Assembly (NCBI GenBank): GCA_050613775.1
Contig: JBODTK010000144.1
Coordinates: forward strand, 372,001-435,089
Source of the DNA: Neocallimastix sp. 'constans'
Taxonomy: Eukaryota
Length of the DNA stretch: 63,089 bases
Reading direction: 5' to 3'
Position 1 is the stretch's first letter, and the number at the start of each line of letters is the position of its first letter. A program made the position numbers and the translations under genes. This document shows positions 14,501-26,089 of this stretch, piece after piece. Below the pieces are notes generated by a model, which searched no databases, was not told where the DNA came from, and saw only the letters and a list, made by a program, of their open reading frames with translations.

Positions 14501-15257
14501 TAAACTATAATATTATTAAAAATAATAATTTATAATAAATAATAGTAAATGTTGATGTCACTTTTTATTATTTTTATCAATCATATATTAAATATATAAC
14601 TTTTATAATTAGAACTAGCTATTTATATCAAAAATATAAAGTATTAAGATAAAAAAATAATAATTATAATAATTTATAATTTTAACACCTTAAAAATTTT
14701 GAAATCTTTGACATCAAATACCAAAAAAAAAAAAAAAAAAATAAAAATCAAAAAAAAAAAAAAAAAAAAAAACGAATTTTTCGTAAAAAGAATAAAATAT
14801 GAAATACTTTCTAATAAAATTTCTTTTATTTTTTAATTAATTTTTTTAGTGTAAGTTATACCAATGCATATGATTGGATATTTATATAACACTATTTATT
14901 TCCAATTTATGGCTTTTAAACTAAAATTTATATTATTTCAATTAATTTAAAAAAAAACATAAAATGTATCATATTCAAATGTATTAATTAAATTAAAATT
15001 TAATTTAATGAATGTATTCTATAATATTAGTTAAATAATTAATTTCTATTTAATTTAATTTTATTTAATATGTTGAGAAAGTTTAAAAAAATTTTAAAGT
15101 AAAAAAAAAAAAATTTTTTTCCAGTCAAATAAATTTTATAATTTAAATAAAATTAAATTTAAATATATTTTAATAATGTAATAAGTATTTGTAGAGTTTT
15201 AGCTTGTTGATTTAGTTCCTTTAATAGGAAATAAAATAAAGTAAAATTAGTTTAAAA

Positions 15258-15676
15258 TAATAATAAATTATAAATAATAAATTATAAATAATAAATAATA
15301 AATAATAAATAATAAATAATAAATAATAAATAATAAATAATAAATAATAAATAATAAATAATAAATAATAAATAATAAATATTAAATAATTAATAATTAA
15401 TAATAAATAATAATAAATAATAAATAATAAATAATAAATAATAAATAATAAATAATAAATAATAAATAATAAATAATAAATAATAAATATTAAATAACAA
15501 AATAAAATAATAATAAATAATAAATAATAAATAATAAATAATAAATAATAAATAATAAATAATAAATAATAAATAATAAATAATAAATAATAAATAATAA
15601 ATAATAAATAATAAATAATAAATAATAAATAATAAATAATAAATAATAAATAATAAATAATAAATAATAAATAATA
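15258..15676 (+). repeat. (AATAAAT)n heptamer array
   Basis: Direct reading. Confidence 0.9.
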
Positions 15677-16093
15677 ATCTCAAAAAAATTATATATATAC
15701 TTTCAAAATTTCTATAAAAAGAATTTTTATTAATGTAAAATAATATAAAAGTAGAAAAATATATTTATATTATATATAATTTTTGTTATTAGTAAAAAAT
15801 AAATTAAAATGTATTAGCTTGGATCAAATTAAATTAAAAGGTTAATATGTTTAGAATATATTTATTTCAAAGTAGATAAAATAAATTATTTAATATTCAA
15901 TTGTATAAAAAATTAAACAAAAAAGGAATATAATGTATATAACCTTTTATCTATTTGATTAGTATTATAGTTTATTAATGTTGATAATTATAATAATTAA
16001 TGAATATTATATATATTATAAATACTATATATATTTATGAAATTTGGTTATGAAAAAAAAAATAAAGGTAACTTCATAATAATTATAATAATA

Positions 16094-16153
<60 letters not shown>

Positions 16154-16877
16154 TTTTATTGTTATTAAATAGCAATAATAAGAATTATTCAATGATTTAT
16201 TTGTATTAATAAAATAATAAAATATATATTAATTTGTTATTAATAGTTTCTTTAGGTTAGTAAAATTTAAATTACAGTGATATTCCGAAGTTTATCATAT
16301 GGAATAAAGCAGATAAGTAGATTCCATATAATATTAATGTTAAGTAAATAAAATAATTTATTATTACTGAATTATTATGTAATATATCTATAAAAAATGT
16401 ACATTATATTTGGAGCTATAATTTTAGGCTTTCTACTCAATAAAAAATAAAGAATTATTACATGAAAAATATTAAAATTTTTTTTTTTTGATCAAATATT
16501 TTGAATTTCCTAATTTTCATATTGAAAAAGTGATTATAGTGCTTTTTTTATTTGTTTTATTTTTATTTTTTTTTTTTTTTATTTCTATTTTTTGTTCTTT
16601 ATATATATCCAAAATATGAAGAAAACTTAATATTATATAAAAAATTTTATTTGGATGGATATCTCTCTATTTAAATATAAATGTACTAAATTTTACATTA
16701 TGATTATTTATTATTTATTTATTTTATTTTATTTTCATAATTTGAAAGCTAATTAGTTATAATTTTTATTATTAAATATATTTGGGCTTATATTGTATTT
16801 TATTGATTTTTATGTAATGTAATGCAGTAAATATAATAAAAATAATTATTAATAAATCATTGATTGATTTAATAATA

Positions 16878-17336
16878 ATAATAAATAATAAATAATAAAT
16901 AATAAATAATAAATAACAAAATAATAAATAATAAATAATAAATAACAAATAATAAATAATAAATAATAAATAATAAATAATAAATAATAAATAATAAATA
17001 ATAAATAATAAATAATAAATAATAAATAATAAATAATAAATAATAAATAATAAATAATAAATAGCAAAATAATAAATAATAAATAACAAATAACAAATAA
17101 TAAATAATAAATAATAAATAATAAATAATAAATAAATAATAAATAATAAATAATAAATAATAAATAATAAATAATAAATAATAAATAAATAATAAATAAT
17201 AAATAATAAATAATAAATAATAAATAATAATAAATAATAAATAAATAAATAATAAATAATTAAATAATAATAAAATAATTAAATAATAATAAATAATTAA
17301 ATATTTAAATAATAAATAATAAATAATAAATAATAA
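16878..17336 (+). repeat. (AATAAAT)n heptamer array
   Basis: Direct reading, with occasional AACAAAT variants. Confidence 0.9.
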
Positions 17337-18366
17337 AAAAAAAGGAAATAAAGTAGAAATGAATATATACTATCTTTATTTTTAGACTATTCTATAATAC
17401 AATATTATATGTTGATTTTTATAGTTTAATAGAACAATAAATAGTCCATTGAATTAATTTTCACTTTTACCAAAATAAATATAAATTTATATTTTGTTAA
17501 TTATTTTTCTATGTATATATGAATATATTTAATTATACATAAATATTTACTTTTACTATATTTTAATATATTGAATATATAAATTTTGTATATATAAAAG
17601 TATATTACGAAATATTTTTTTTTTTTTTTTTTTAAAAAAAGAAAAAATTCTTTATCTTTTTAACTTATAAATAATATTATTAATATATGAAACATATATA
17701 ATATCTATTGAATAGTAATTGTATTAAATATAATAATAATATTATGGATGTTTGATTTATATTATTATTTATTTAACTTTATAGAATTAAGATTCAATAT
17801 TCAATTTTTTATATTAATTAATAATAAATGATTTTTTGATTACTTTATTATTATTTATATCAATTACATAATTTTAATGATTTATTAAATATAAATAATT
17901 TAATTATTATTTTAATATTTTATAATGATTTAGTATTAATTAGTATTTGATGATTAATTATAATCGTTTATTTATTTTATTTATTGCAATTGTTTATATA
18001 AAAAAAACATTTTTATTATAATTTAATCTAATATTATATGCTAAAGAATTAAATAATATTATAATATTATTTTAGTATAACATTTTATATTAATATATTA
18101 TTATTATTTTTTTTTTAATTTATATTTATCATTTTAAAGCAGAAAAAATTTTCAATTTTTTCTTTTTTTTTTTTTTTTTTTCTTTCAAATTCAAATTATT
18201 TTTTTTATTATTAAAAAAGTATCTTTTTAATAGAAAATTTTTTTAATTTTAAAAAGAAGACTAATAATATTGGATTATATTTTGTCTTTTTTTTAATTCA
18301 TAATATATTTTATAAAGTCGTTGTCAAAACTATTTTTTAATTGAATAACATATATAATTAGTAAAC

Positions 18367-19916
18367 ATGGATAAGATTAAGGAAGTAAGTAAACAAACAA
18401 ACAAAAAAAATAAATTAAAAATTAAACAAAAAGACAATCAATATTTATATTATATTATTGAAAAGATCCTTTAAATAAATTCTTTAATTTTATTTATAAG
18501 TGATATATATTATTATTAATGTTTAGAATAAATTTGGATAAATAAAAATTTTGAAAGAAATGCTAAATACATAAAATTAATATAATATTTTATTTGTATT
18601 ATTGTAAAAATTATTTGTTGTTTTGTTTATTTATTTATTTGAATATTAGAAATCGTATAAAAAAAGTAAAAAAAAAAAGTATAATCTATATTATATTGTT
18701 ATAATAAATATATATATTGTTATAGAATAATTCAATATTAATTGAGAAAAACTAAATTGTGTATATAGAATAACAAATTTTTATAAGATTTGAATCGAAA
18801 TAGTTTAATTTTATTTATAAATAAATGAATAACGGAGAAATTAACATAATAAAGGAGTATTATTTATTAAAATTGTAAAAAATAAATGTTTTAATTTTGA
18901 TATTATTATAAATGAAGTAAAAAGCTTTATAAAAAATATATGTAAAAATAAAAATGGATTTAGAGGTTGAAATGGCTTTGTTTGCTGAATATAAATTAAA
19001 ATTAAGATTGAATAGTTTTTTCGTAATGATTTTTGTGGTAGAATTATATTAATAGTGTAATATGTCTAAAAATATAATTTTTAATATAAAAGAAACTTAA
19101 CGCTCTCCGTAACCAAGCCGATGAAGCTAACAACCGTGCTGATGCTGCTGAAAGCCAAGTTAAGGAACTTCAAAATGAACTTTCTACCAAGGATCAAGAA
19201 ATCCAAACTCTTAACAACAAAATTTCTAACTTAGAATACGATCTTCAAAGATCTGAACAAAGAATTGAAGAAGTAAATATATTAAAAAATAGATTGAAAA
19301 TTTTGTCGAGTTTTTATTATGATTAAAATATAAATAATTAAATAAAAAATTAATATTTATGAAAATTGTTTTTGAATATAAATAGGCTCAAGCTAATGCT
19401 GCTGACTATTCTAACAATCAAGATATGCTTCAATCATTAGAAAGAAAGGTTGCTTTATTAGAACAATCTTTAGAAGAAAAGGAAACAACTCTTGCTGAAG
19501 TAAGTCATATATATATATTGTTATAATAAATAAATATAAAAAGGTTTATAATTATTATGAAATTAGTAAAATTAATGTATATATAAAATTATAATTTAAT
19601 ACTTAAAAAATTATTATATAATGAATAGTACAAGGCTCAACAAGAAGCTAGCCACAAGGAACAATCCTTAAACGAAGAACTTCAAAGAAAGAACACCATG
19701 CTCGAACAACAATTAGAAGATAAAGAAAGAGAATGTAGAGAAACTACCGAAAAGTTACGTACTCTTGAACTTCAAACCGAACAATTAGATCGTCAATGCA
19801 CTCAAATTGAAGCTGAACGTACTAAGTTAGAAAATGAACTTGAAGATATGACTCAAAAGTACTTAAGTACTAAGGAAGAATTAGAATCTACTATTCAAGG
19901 TCTTGAAGACTTATAA
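18367..19916 (+). CDS. TPM1: Tropomyosin (fungal Tpm1/Cdc8 type), 4 exons, 199 aa
   Basis: Exons 18367-18384 (MDKIKE), 19093-19272 (KLNALRNQADEA...RIEE), 19386-19499 and 19629-19916 (...ESTIQGLEDL*), all GT-AG and phase 0. MDKIKEKL start and continuous coiled-coil heptads are typical of fungal tropomyosin. Confidence 0.92.
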
Positions 19917-20904
19917 GCAAATTAATTTTGTTTGTCATAAGTAAAAGACCTTTTTTAATAAAAAGAATTCTTTTTATAAGAAAGGGAAGTGTGTTTGTGC
20001 CCCTTCCTTTTTTTTATAGATTATTTTTTTTATTTTGAAAGAGGAATATTTTTAATATGTAGTTCAATTAAAAATTTAATTTTTATTCAAAAAAAAATTA
20101 GAATATATTATTAGAATATTATTTAATAATCATCAACAATCATATAAAATATATCAAAAAAAAGTATTAAAAATTTTTTTTTATAAAATTTTTTAATATT
20201 TTTATTTATAAAAATATACCAAAATTTCTTTAAAGGGTTTGTTTATAATTATTACAAATAATTTTTTTTTTTTTTTTTTTAAATTAATCCTTAAAACAAC
20301 TTATTTGTTTTTTTTTTTCAAATGAGAAAAAAAAATTAATTATGAAACAATTTTCAATGCTAATTAAAATATTTATATACAACTATTTTTAAAGAAAACA
20401 ATTATTTGAGTTTTAACAAAAATAAAAAAAAATTTCAATCAATTGTTTCTTTTATTAAAAATAAGTTAATATAAAGAAAACAACAACATAAAAAAAGGCA
20501 AAATAAAATAAAAAGGAAAAAAAAAATAAAAAACTAAAAAAAAAAAAAAAACAAAAGAAAAAAAAATAAAAAAAAAGCGAAGTAAAAAAAAAAAATTAAA
20601 AACAAAATTGGAAAAAGAAAAAAGGTACTTTTTTTAAGAAAAAGTGAGTTATAAGGATTAATTTTATCTATTTAATATTTTATATTAAATGATGTAAAAA
20701 TAAAATAGAAAAAATTAATTTTTAATAATTATAACAAATTATTAAAGTCATGGTATAATTATTATAATATTATTTATTTAAAAAATATATAGAAAAAAAA
20801 ATGTAATACTTTTTTTTCTTTTTCTTTTTTTTTTTTTTTTTTTATTTTTATTATATTATTAAAAAAAAAAATAAATAAATAAAATAAAAATAATAATAAT
20901 AATA

Positions 20905-20937
<33 letters not shown>

Positions 20938-21661
20938 ATAATTCAAATAAATAAAAAAAAAAAAAAAAAAAAAAAAGATGGTGTGTGCTTGAAAATTTGT
21001 TTCATTAATAAATATATAAATAAATAAATAAAAAAAAAAATAATAATAATAAAAATAAAAATAAATAAATAAATTATAAATAAAAGTTAAATCAAAAAAT
21101 TTTCAATGTTTTAAAAATATATATAATGTATATATATATATATGAAATTTTTTTAACTTTTGAACTTAATTTTTATTCTTTATTGTATTAAATTTTTAAA
21201 ATCTAAAAAAAAAAAAGTATTAAAATTTTATTCAAAAATTTAAAATGAATTGATTATAAGGATTGAATACCAAAGAATTATATATAAAATATTTAACATT
21301 TAAGTTTACTGAATATAAGAGTTAATAGTTTCACATGAATTGTATTTCCTAAGATATATTTAAAAAACAATGTTAGTGGAAAAATTATTTATTCAATAAA
21401 ATAATGTAAAATAGTAAATTTAATTTATTTTTTTTTTTTTTTTTTTTTTTTTTTATATGTTAAAATATTGTAAAAGGATATGAAAATTAAAAAAACCTAA
21501 AGTAAAAAATTAATATAGAGATATAAAATAACATATATAACGATAAAAAAGTATATATATATATATAAAAAGTATAGAAAAAATATAGAAAAAATTTAAA
21601 AAATATAAGAAAAAAACAAAAACAATATTGTTAGTAGTATAGTGTAAAAAATTCTTTTAAA

Positions 21662-21726
21662 ATTACGACACGCAGTATTCCCATGTGGTCCCCCACCATA
21701 GTACTGACTGCGCCATCACTAGCTTA
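21662..21726 (-). rRNA. 5S rRNA: 3' half of a 5S rRNA gene (truncated, non-functional copy)
   Basis: Minus strand reads TAAGCTAGTGATGGCGCAGTCAGTACTATGGTGGGGGACCACATGGGAATACTGCGTGTCGTAA then TTTT. It has the 5S hallmarks (TAAGC box-A remnant, AGTACT..GTGGGGGACCAC..GGGAA, GCAGT/ACTGC stem) and a Pol III-type T-run. The 5' ~55 nt are missing. Confidence 0.88.
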
Positions 21727-24700
21727 GGGTTAATAAATACAAAAATGATCTCATCTTTTTCTATGTTTTAAATTTCTTAAGAGATGAAATTCCTGAAACA
21801 GCTAAAATTACCTGGTCCTTGTGTAATAAACTGAATCAAATGAACAAGTCGAGGAAATCTAAAAACATTGATGTTGAACTTAATCCTATGGCAAAAGATT
21901 TTTTCTCTAGCCATCTAAATTCAAATTCTTCTTTCTTTAATCTCTGTGTTAGTTGGAATATTAACGGTTGGAATACTGAAAAGCGAGATAGTATTTTGTA
22001 TCTCAACTCTACTTTTAAACCTATATGTATCTGTCTACAAGAAACTGGAAAAAGTAAATATCTACCAAAAGATGTTTCATCACCTTTAATTCCATATTAC
22101 AACTCAGTTTTCCTTAAAGCTAATCCTAAAACCCCTGGTATGAGAGGACTCTTTATTGGTGTTCATTCTTCGTGCTCTTTCTTCCAAGAACCGTTTTTAT
22201 ACAAATATATCATTTCAGTTAATATTACTTCTTTTTGGAATCAAAAATGTACTATTGGTAATATCTACTTCCCTCAAAGCAAATGGAAGGAAGCAAGACT
22301 AGTTGCTTTTGATGAACTCTCTCAATGGTTACGTTTTCACAATAGAAAAAATGTTCCGGCTGTCCTAGTTGGTGACTTTAACATGTCATTAAAGAAGATC
22401 AAAACATACATTTCAAATAATTTTCCTAATTGGTATATTGCTCCTTTATATGGTAATCAATTTACATATGCTAAAGGTACTAGATCATCTTGCATTGATC
22501 ATGTCATCTATAATGAGGCTTTGGCATCCCATATTAATAAAACCTCGGTTTGTACTTCGTTTTATGGTATTTCTGATCATAAACCTATTTTACTTTCATG
22601 CAACAAAGTTCTCTCCGATGGTTTTATAAGGCCTACTAAAGTTTCTAAATGGTCAACTCATATTTGTAAAACAAAAAATTCAGATATTTTATCACATAAT
22701 TATTTTTCAATCCTAGAAAATGACCTTGATTCTCATTACAATTCGCTTACGGCTGATGAAATGGTAGAAAAATTTATCAATACAGCAAATAATATCGGGA
22801 AAGATATTAAGGCTTTTATTCCAACAAATTTAAAGGGCTCTGCTTTTCATTGTCCTTATTACATTAAAAAACTATCTCATGAAAAACATATTGCATTTCG
22901 GAATATTAAGCCTTACTTTAATTGTGAAAATGTTGATAATTACCTTGAACAATTTAATAAATATGAAAAACTTTGCAAATTAATCAAGAAAACTAAGAGT
23001 AAATTTCGTTCTGCTAGATTTAAGGCTAATATAGTAAAAATAGGTAATTATTTTTTGAATAAAGATTTCAAAAATGGTTGGAGATGTTTAAAGAAAATGG
23101 CTAAACCATCATATTCATCTACCTCCCTTACTTGCATTAAATCTAAGTTTGGTCAAGATATTATCTCTCCTTCAAAGCAATTAGATAGATGGGCTGAATA
23201 TTATAAAGATCTTGCTTCGGATCCCTCAGGTCACAGCCTTAATCGTAATTACTGGAATCATGCTTTAAGGAATATTAGTCTTAGATCCACTACCTGGAAT
23301 ATAAATGGTCCTATTACGATTGAAGATATTAAAAAAACTATTTCATCGATGAAAAATAACAAAGCACCCGGCCCCGATGGTATTCCGATTGAATTCTACA
23401 AAGCTCTTTTTTGTAACGAAGAATTACTAGAATCACATCCTGCTGCTGGAAAGTGTCTAAAATTGATATTTAATAAAATATGGAATGGGTCATTTCCTAA
23501 AAAATGGAACTCAGCTTCTATTGTATCAATTCCTAAGAAGGGTGACCTATCAGATTGTAGTAATTATCGAGGTATTTCTCTCATTAACGTTGGACTAAAA
23601 ATCATTTCAAAAATTATAACAGATAGAATATCTATTTACGCACTCTCACACAATTTCATTAGACCTGAACAATTTGGATTTCGCAACCGCGAAGAATGCA
23701 TTAGTTTATTCATTTCCGTTAGAGAAATTTGTCAAAGAAGAAAATTCCAAGGAAAATTCACATATTTAGCTTTTTTAGATCTTAAAAAAGCTTATGATTC
23801 AGTTCCTATTTTTAACATTCTTACTAAATTATATCACTATGGAGTACGCGGTAAATGTTTTGATTTTCTTTGTAATTTATATACTTCATCTAAAGCACGT
23901 GCTCGATTTGCTTCAATGTTATCAAATGAATTTCCTATTAAAAGAGGTGTTCGTCAAGGTTGTCCTTTATCTCCAATCTTATTCAATTTATTCATCAATG
24001 ATATACTAAATGACTGTGAAAAGTATGGTGTTAATGTTGGAAGAAAAAAGTGTTGTGGTGGACTCTTTGCTGATGATGTTGTTCTCATTGCTCCAAGTGC
24101 AAAAAATTTAGAAAAATTATTAAAAAAGGTACATAAATGGGCTAATTTAAATGAAATGACTTTTGGTATTGAAAAGTGTGCAACTATGGTTATAAAACCA
24201 ATGAACTTCCAACCTCCTCCAAACTATAGTGATCCAACCTTCTATTTAGGAAAGAATGATATTCCTAAAGTTTCTAGTTATGTCTATCTTGGTATTCCTT
24301 TTTCAGATGATCTCCTACTAGAACACATTATATCTCACATGCATTTTAAAGTTAGAAAATCCCTTCTTTCATTTACACGTTTCTTTTCAAATAAACTTAT
24401 TCCTATTGTATACAAGAAAAAAGTTCTTCAATCCTTTGTTATTAGTAAAGTAATTTATTATTCTCCTTTACTTGGTTCAAACAAATCTAGAACGGCTAGA
24501 ATTCAAACATTAATTAATACTGGTCTATTTTGGTGTATCGGTTCCTTCTCTAAAAATGGTAAAACAAATACAGAAAACAATGACTATATTAGACATAATT
24601 CAACAATGAGTACTTATGCTTTATCTCGAGATCTAAGCATCCCTCCTATTGCTGGTATCTGCGCAGCCTTACAGATTAAATCATTTGCAAAATGGAGTAA

Positions 24701-25850
24701 ATCAAACTGTATCATAAAGGATCTTATTAAATCTATTCCCAAAATGCCTTATTATTCCTGGACTAAAGAATCTAGAACACTATATAAAAAAATCAAAAAA
24801 TTTAAATGTGTAAAATATGACGATATTATAGAACGTTACTGGAAATCAGTTTCCAGATTTCAAGGTATTAAAGGTCAAAACTACGATAGTAACAAGTTCT
24901 CAAACAATAAAGCTATAATAATGCTTAGCTTAAAATATCCCCAATTCAACTTAGGATTTTCGTGGATTATACGTTTACGCTGTGGTTATAAATACAATAC
25001 TACTATTGCTATTAGAATGGGTAGAGTTTCAGAAGATTGTCCAAAGTCCTGCCCATGTTGTGGTGAAGGTAATCAATCTTTTGAACATTGGATTTTTAAA
25101 TGCGATGCTCTTGCATCTTTTAGATGGAATTCTTTAAATTTCATCGATGATCTCTATGTTTTATTCCTTAGGAAGATTAGAGCGTTTAATCCTCTTTCTT
25201 CCTATGACTCTATTTCTGATTTTGAAGATTATATCAATCATTATATATACTTGTTCCTTCTTGGTGGGACTTTAGTTTTAAATGAACTACATTTCGATAG
25301 TGGGGAACAGAGACATTTAAATGAACTACTTTTCAAAGGTTCATCTGAGTCACCTGTTCCAAAAATTGTGGGCTTGGCGGAATTCTTAACAAATGCAATA
25401 CCTATCATAAGTAGTTCGTTTGAGCTATTATTTGATAGGTATTGCAAAATATCAAACTTAACCAAGAGCGTCGACGTCGTACTGATAAGGCATAATGAAA
25501 ATACAGGATTATCATCTATTACTACGAAGGGTGATTCTCGCCCTAGTAGCTCAATAAATGATGAATCCGGGGAGAGTTTAGTGGACACCACACTATCTAT
25601 TTTAAGGATGTTACTTCTAAATTTTATTTCTTTTTTATTTGATAGGAAGGGTAAAATTCCCGCATAGTACAACTTGCCGAGATACATAGTATTTTCGAGC
25701 TTTTTTATTTTTTATTTTTTATTTTTTATTTTTTATTTTTAATTTCTAATGTACTTTTCACCTACATGTATTTTTTAAAATAAAATTTAATAAAGTTTTT
25801 GGAAGTGTATTCTCTTCCCTGTCTAAAAAAAAAAAAAAAAAAAAAAAAAA
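21726..25850 (+). mobile_element. LINE retrotransposon copy A: 5'-truncated, intact ORF, 3'UTR and poly(A) tail
   Basis: APE-RT ORF; 3'UTR ends AATAAAG...GTGTATTCTCTTCCCTGTCT followed by A26 (25825-25850). Confidence 0.95.
21819..25667 (+). CDS. LINE polyprotein: AP endonuclease + reverse transcriptase + C-terminal Cys/His zinc-binding motif
   Basis: APE motifs SWNING, CLQET, VGDFN, CIDHV, SDH; RT motifs KAPGPDG, YRGISL, QFGFR, DLKKAYDSV, GVRQGCPLSPILFN, FADD, YLG; C-terminal CPCC..HWIFKC. The frame is open without an ATG back to 21723, so the true start is not in the window. Confidence 0.95.
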   Translation: MCNKLNQMNKSRKSKNIDVELNPMAKDFFSSHLNSNSSFFNLCVSWNINGWNTEKRDSILYLNSTFKPICICLQETGKSKYLPKDVSSPLIPYYNSVFLKANPKTPGMRGLFIGVHSSCSFFQEPFLYKYIISVNITSFWNQKCTIGNIYFPQSKWKEARLVAFDELSQWLRFHNRKNVPAVLVGDFNMSLKKIKTYISNNFPNWYIAPLYGNQFTYAKGTRSSCIDHVIYNEALASHINKTSVCTSFYGISDHKPILLSCNKVLSDGFIRPTKVSKWSTHICKTKNSDILSHNYFSILENDLDSHYNSLTADEMVEKFINTANNIGKDIKAFIPTNLKGSAFHCPYYIKKLSHEKHIAFRNIKPYFNCENVDNYLEQFNKYEKLCKLIKKTKSKFRSARFKANIVKIGNYFLNKDFKNGWRCLKKMAKPSYSSTSLTCIKSKFGQDIISPSKQLDRWAEYYKDLASDPSGHSLNRNYWNHALRNISLRSTTWNINGPITIEDIKKTISSMKNNKAPGPDGIPIEFYKALFCNEELLESHPAAGKCLKLIFNKIWNGSFPKKWNSASIVSIPKKGDLSDCSNYRGISLINVGLKIISKIITDRISIYALSHNFIRPEQFGFRNREECISLFISVREICQRRKFQGKFTYLAFLDLKKAYDSVPIFNILTKLYHYGVRGKCFDFLCNLYTSSKARARFASMLSNEFPIKRGVRQGCPLSPILFNLFINDILNDCEKYGVNVGRKKCCGGLFADDVVLIAPSAKNLEKLLKKVHKWANLNEMTFGIEKCATMVIKPMNFQPPPNYSDPTFYLGKNDIPKVSSYVYLGIPFSDDLLLEHIISHMHFKVRKSLLSFTRFFSNKLIPIVYKKKVLQSFVISKVIYYSPLLGSNKSRTARIQTLINTGLFWCIGSFSKNGKTNTENNDYIRHNSTMSTYALSRDLSIPPIAGICAALQIKSFAKWSKSNCIIKDLIKSIPKMPYYSWTKESRTLYKKIKKFKCVKYDDIIERYWKSVSRFQGIKGQNYDSNKFSNNKAIIMLSLKYPQFNLGFSWIIRLRCGYKYNTTIAIRMGRVSEDCPKSCPCCGEGNQSFEHWIFKCDALASFRWNSLNFIDDLYVLFLRKIRAFNPLSSYDSISDFEDYINHYIYLFLLGGTLVLNELHFDSGEQRHLNELLFKGSSESPVPKIVGLAEFLTNAIPIISSSFELLFDRYCKISNLTKSVDVVLIRHNENTGLSSITTKGDSRPSSSINDESGESLVDTTLSILRMLLLNFISFLFDRKGKIPA

Positions 25851-26089
25851 TATTCAAAAATTTAATGAAATATTATTTGATAAAAGCTTATCGTTGAACC
25901 CTATTATTAAATTACTTAACATTAAAGTCACCAAAGCTCTAATTTTTGTTAGTAATTTTTTTTTTTTTATTCAAATTCAAAAATTCCTATTCCATTTAAG
26001 AAGATTATAATTAACTACTACGTGGTTAGTAAAGTCTCTTACTTTGTATCTTTATTAAGTGCTCTTGACTATGAAAAGTATGGTTTCAG

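Noticed and set aside
14207..17096. Hydrophobic YYLLFII-repeat ORFs
   Set aside because: Translations of (AATAAAT)n arrays, mostly with non-ATG starts.
19981..20010. Hairpin plus T-run downstream of tropomyosin resembling an intrinsic terminator
   Set aside because: Imperfect stem, and bacterial-type terminators are not meaningful for a spliced Pol II gene.
25478..25510. Hammerhead ribozyme-like CTGATAAG...GAAA in the LINE 3' region
   Set aside because: Core deviates from CUGAUGA, no convincing stem II, and GAAA is not conserved in the other copies.
25241..25687. 148-aa antisense ORF in LINE copy A
   Set aside because: Shadow of the sense ORF with no recognisable motifs; no equivalent seen in the other copies.
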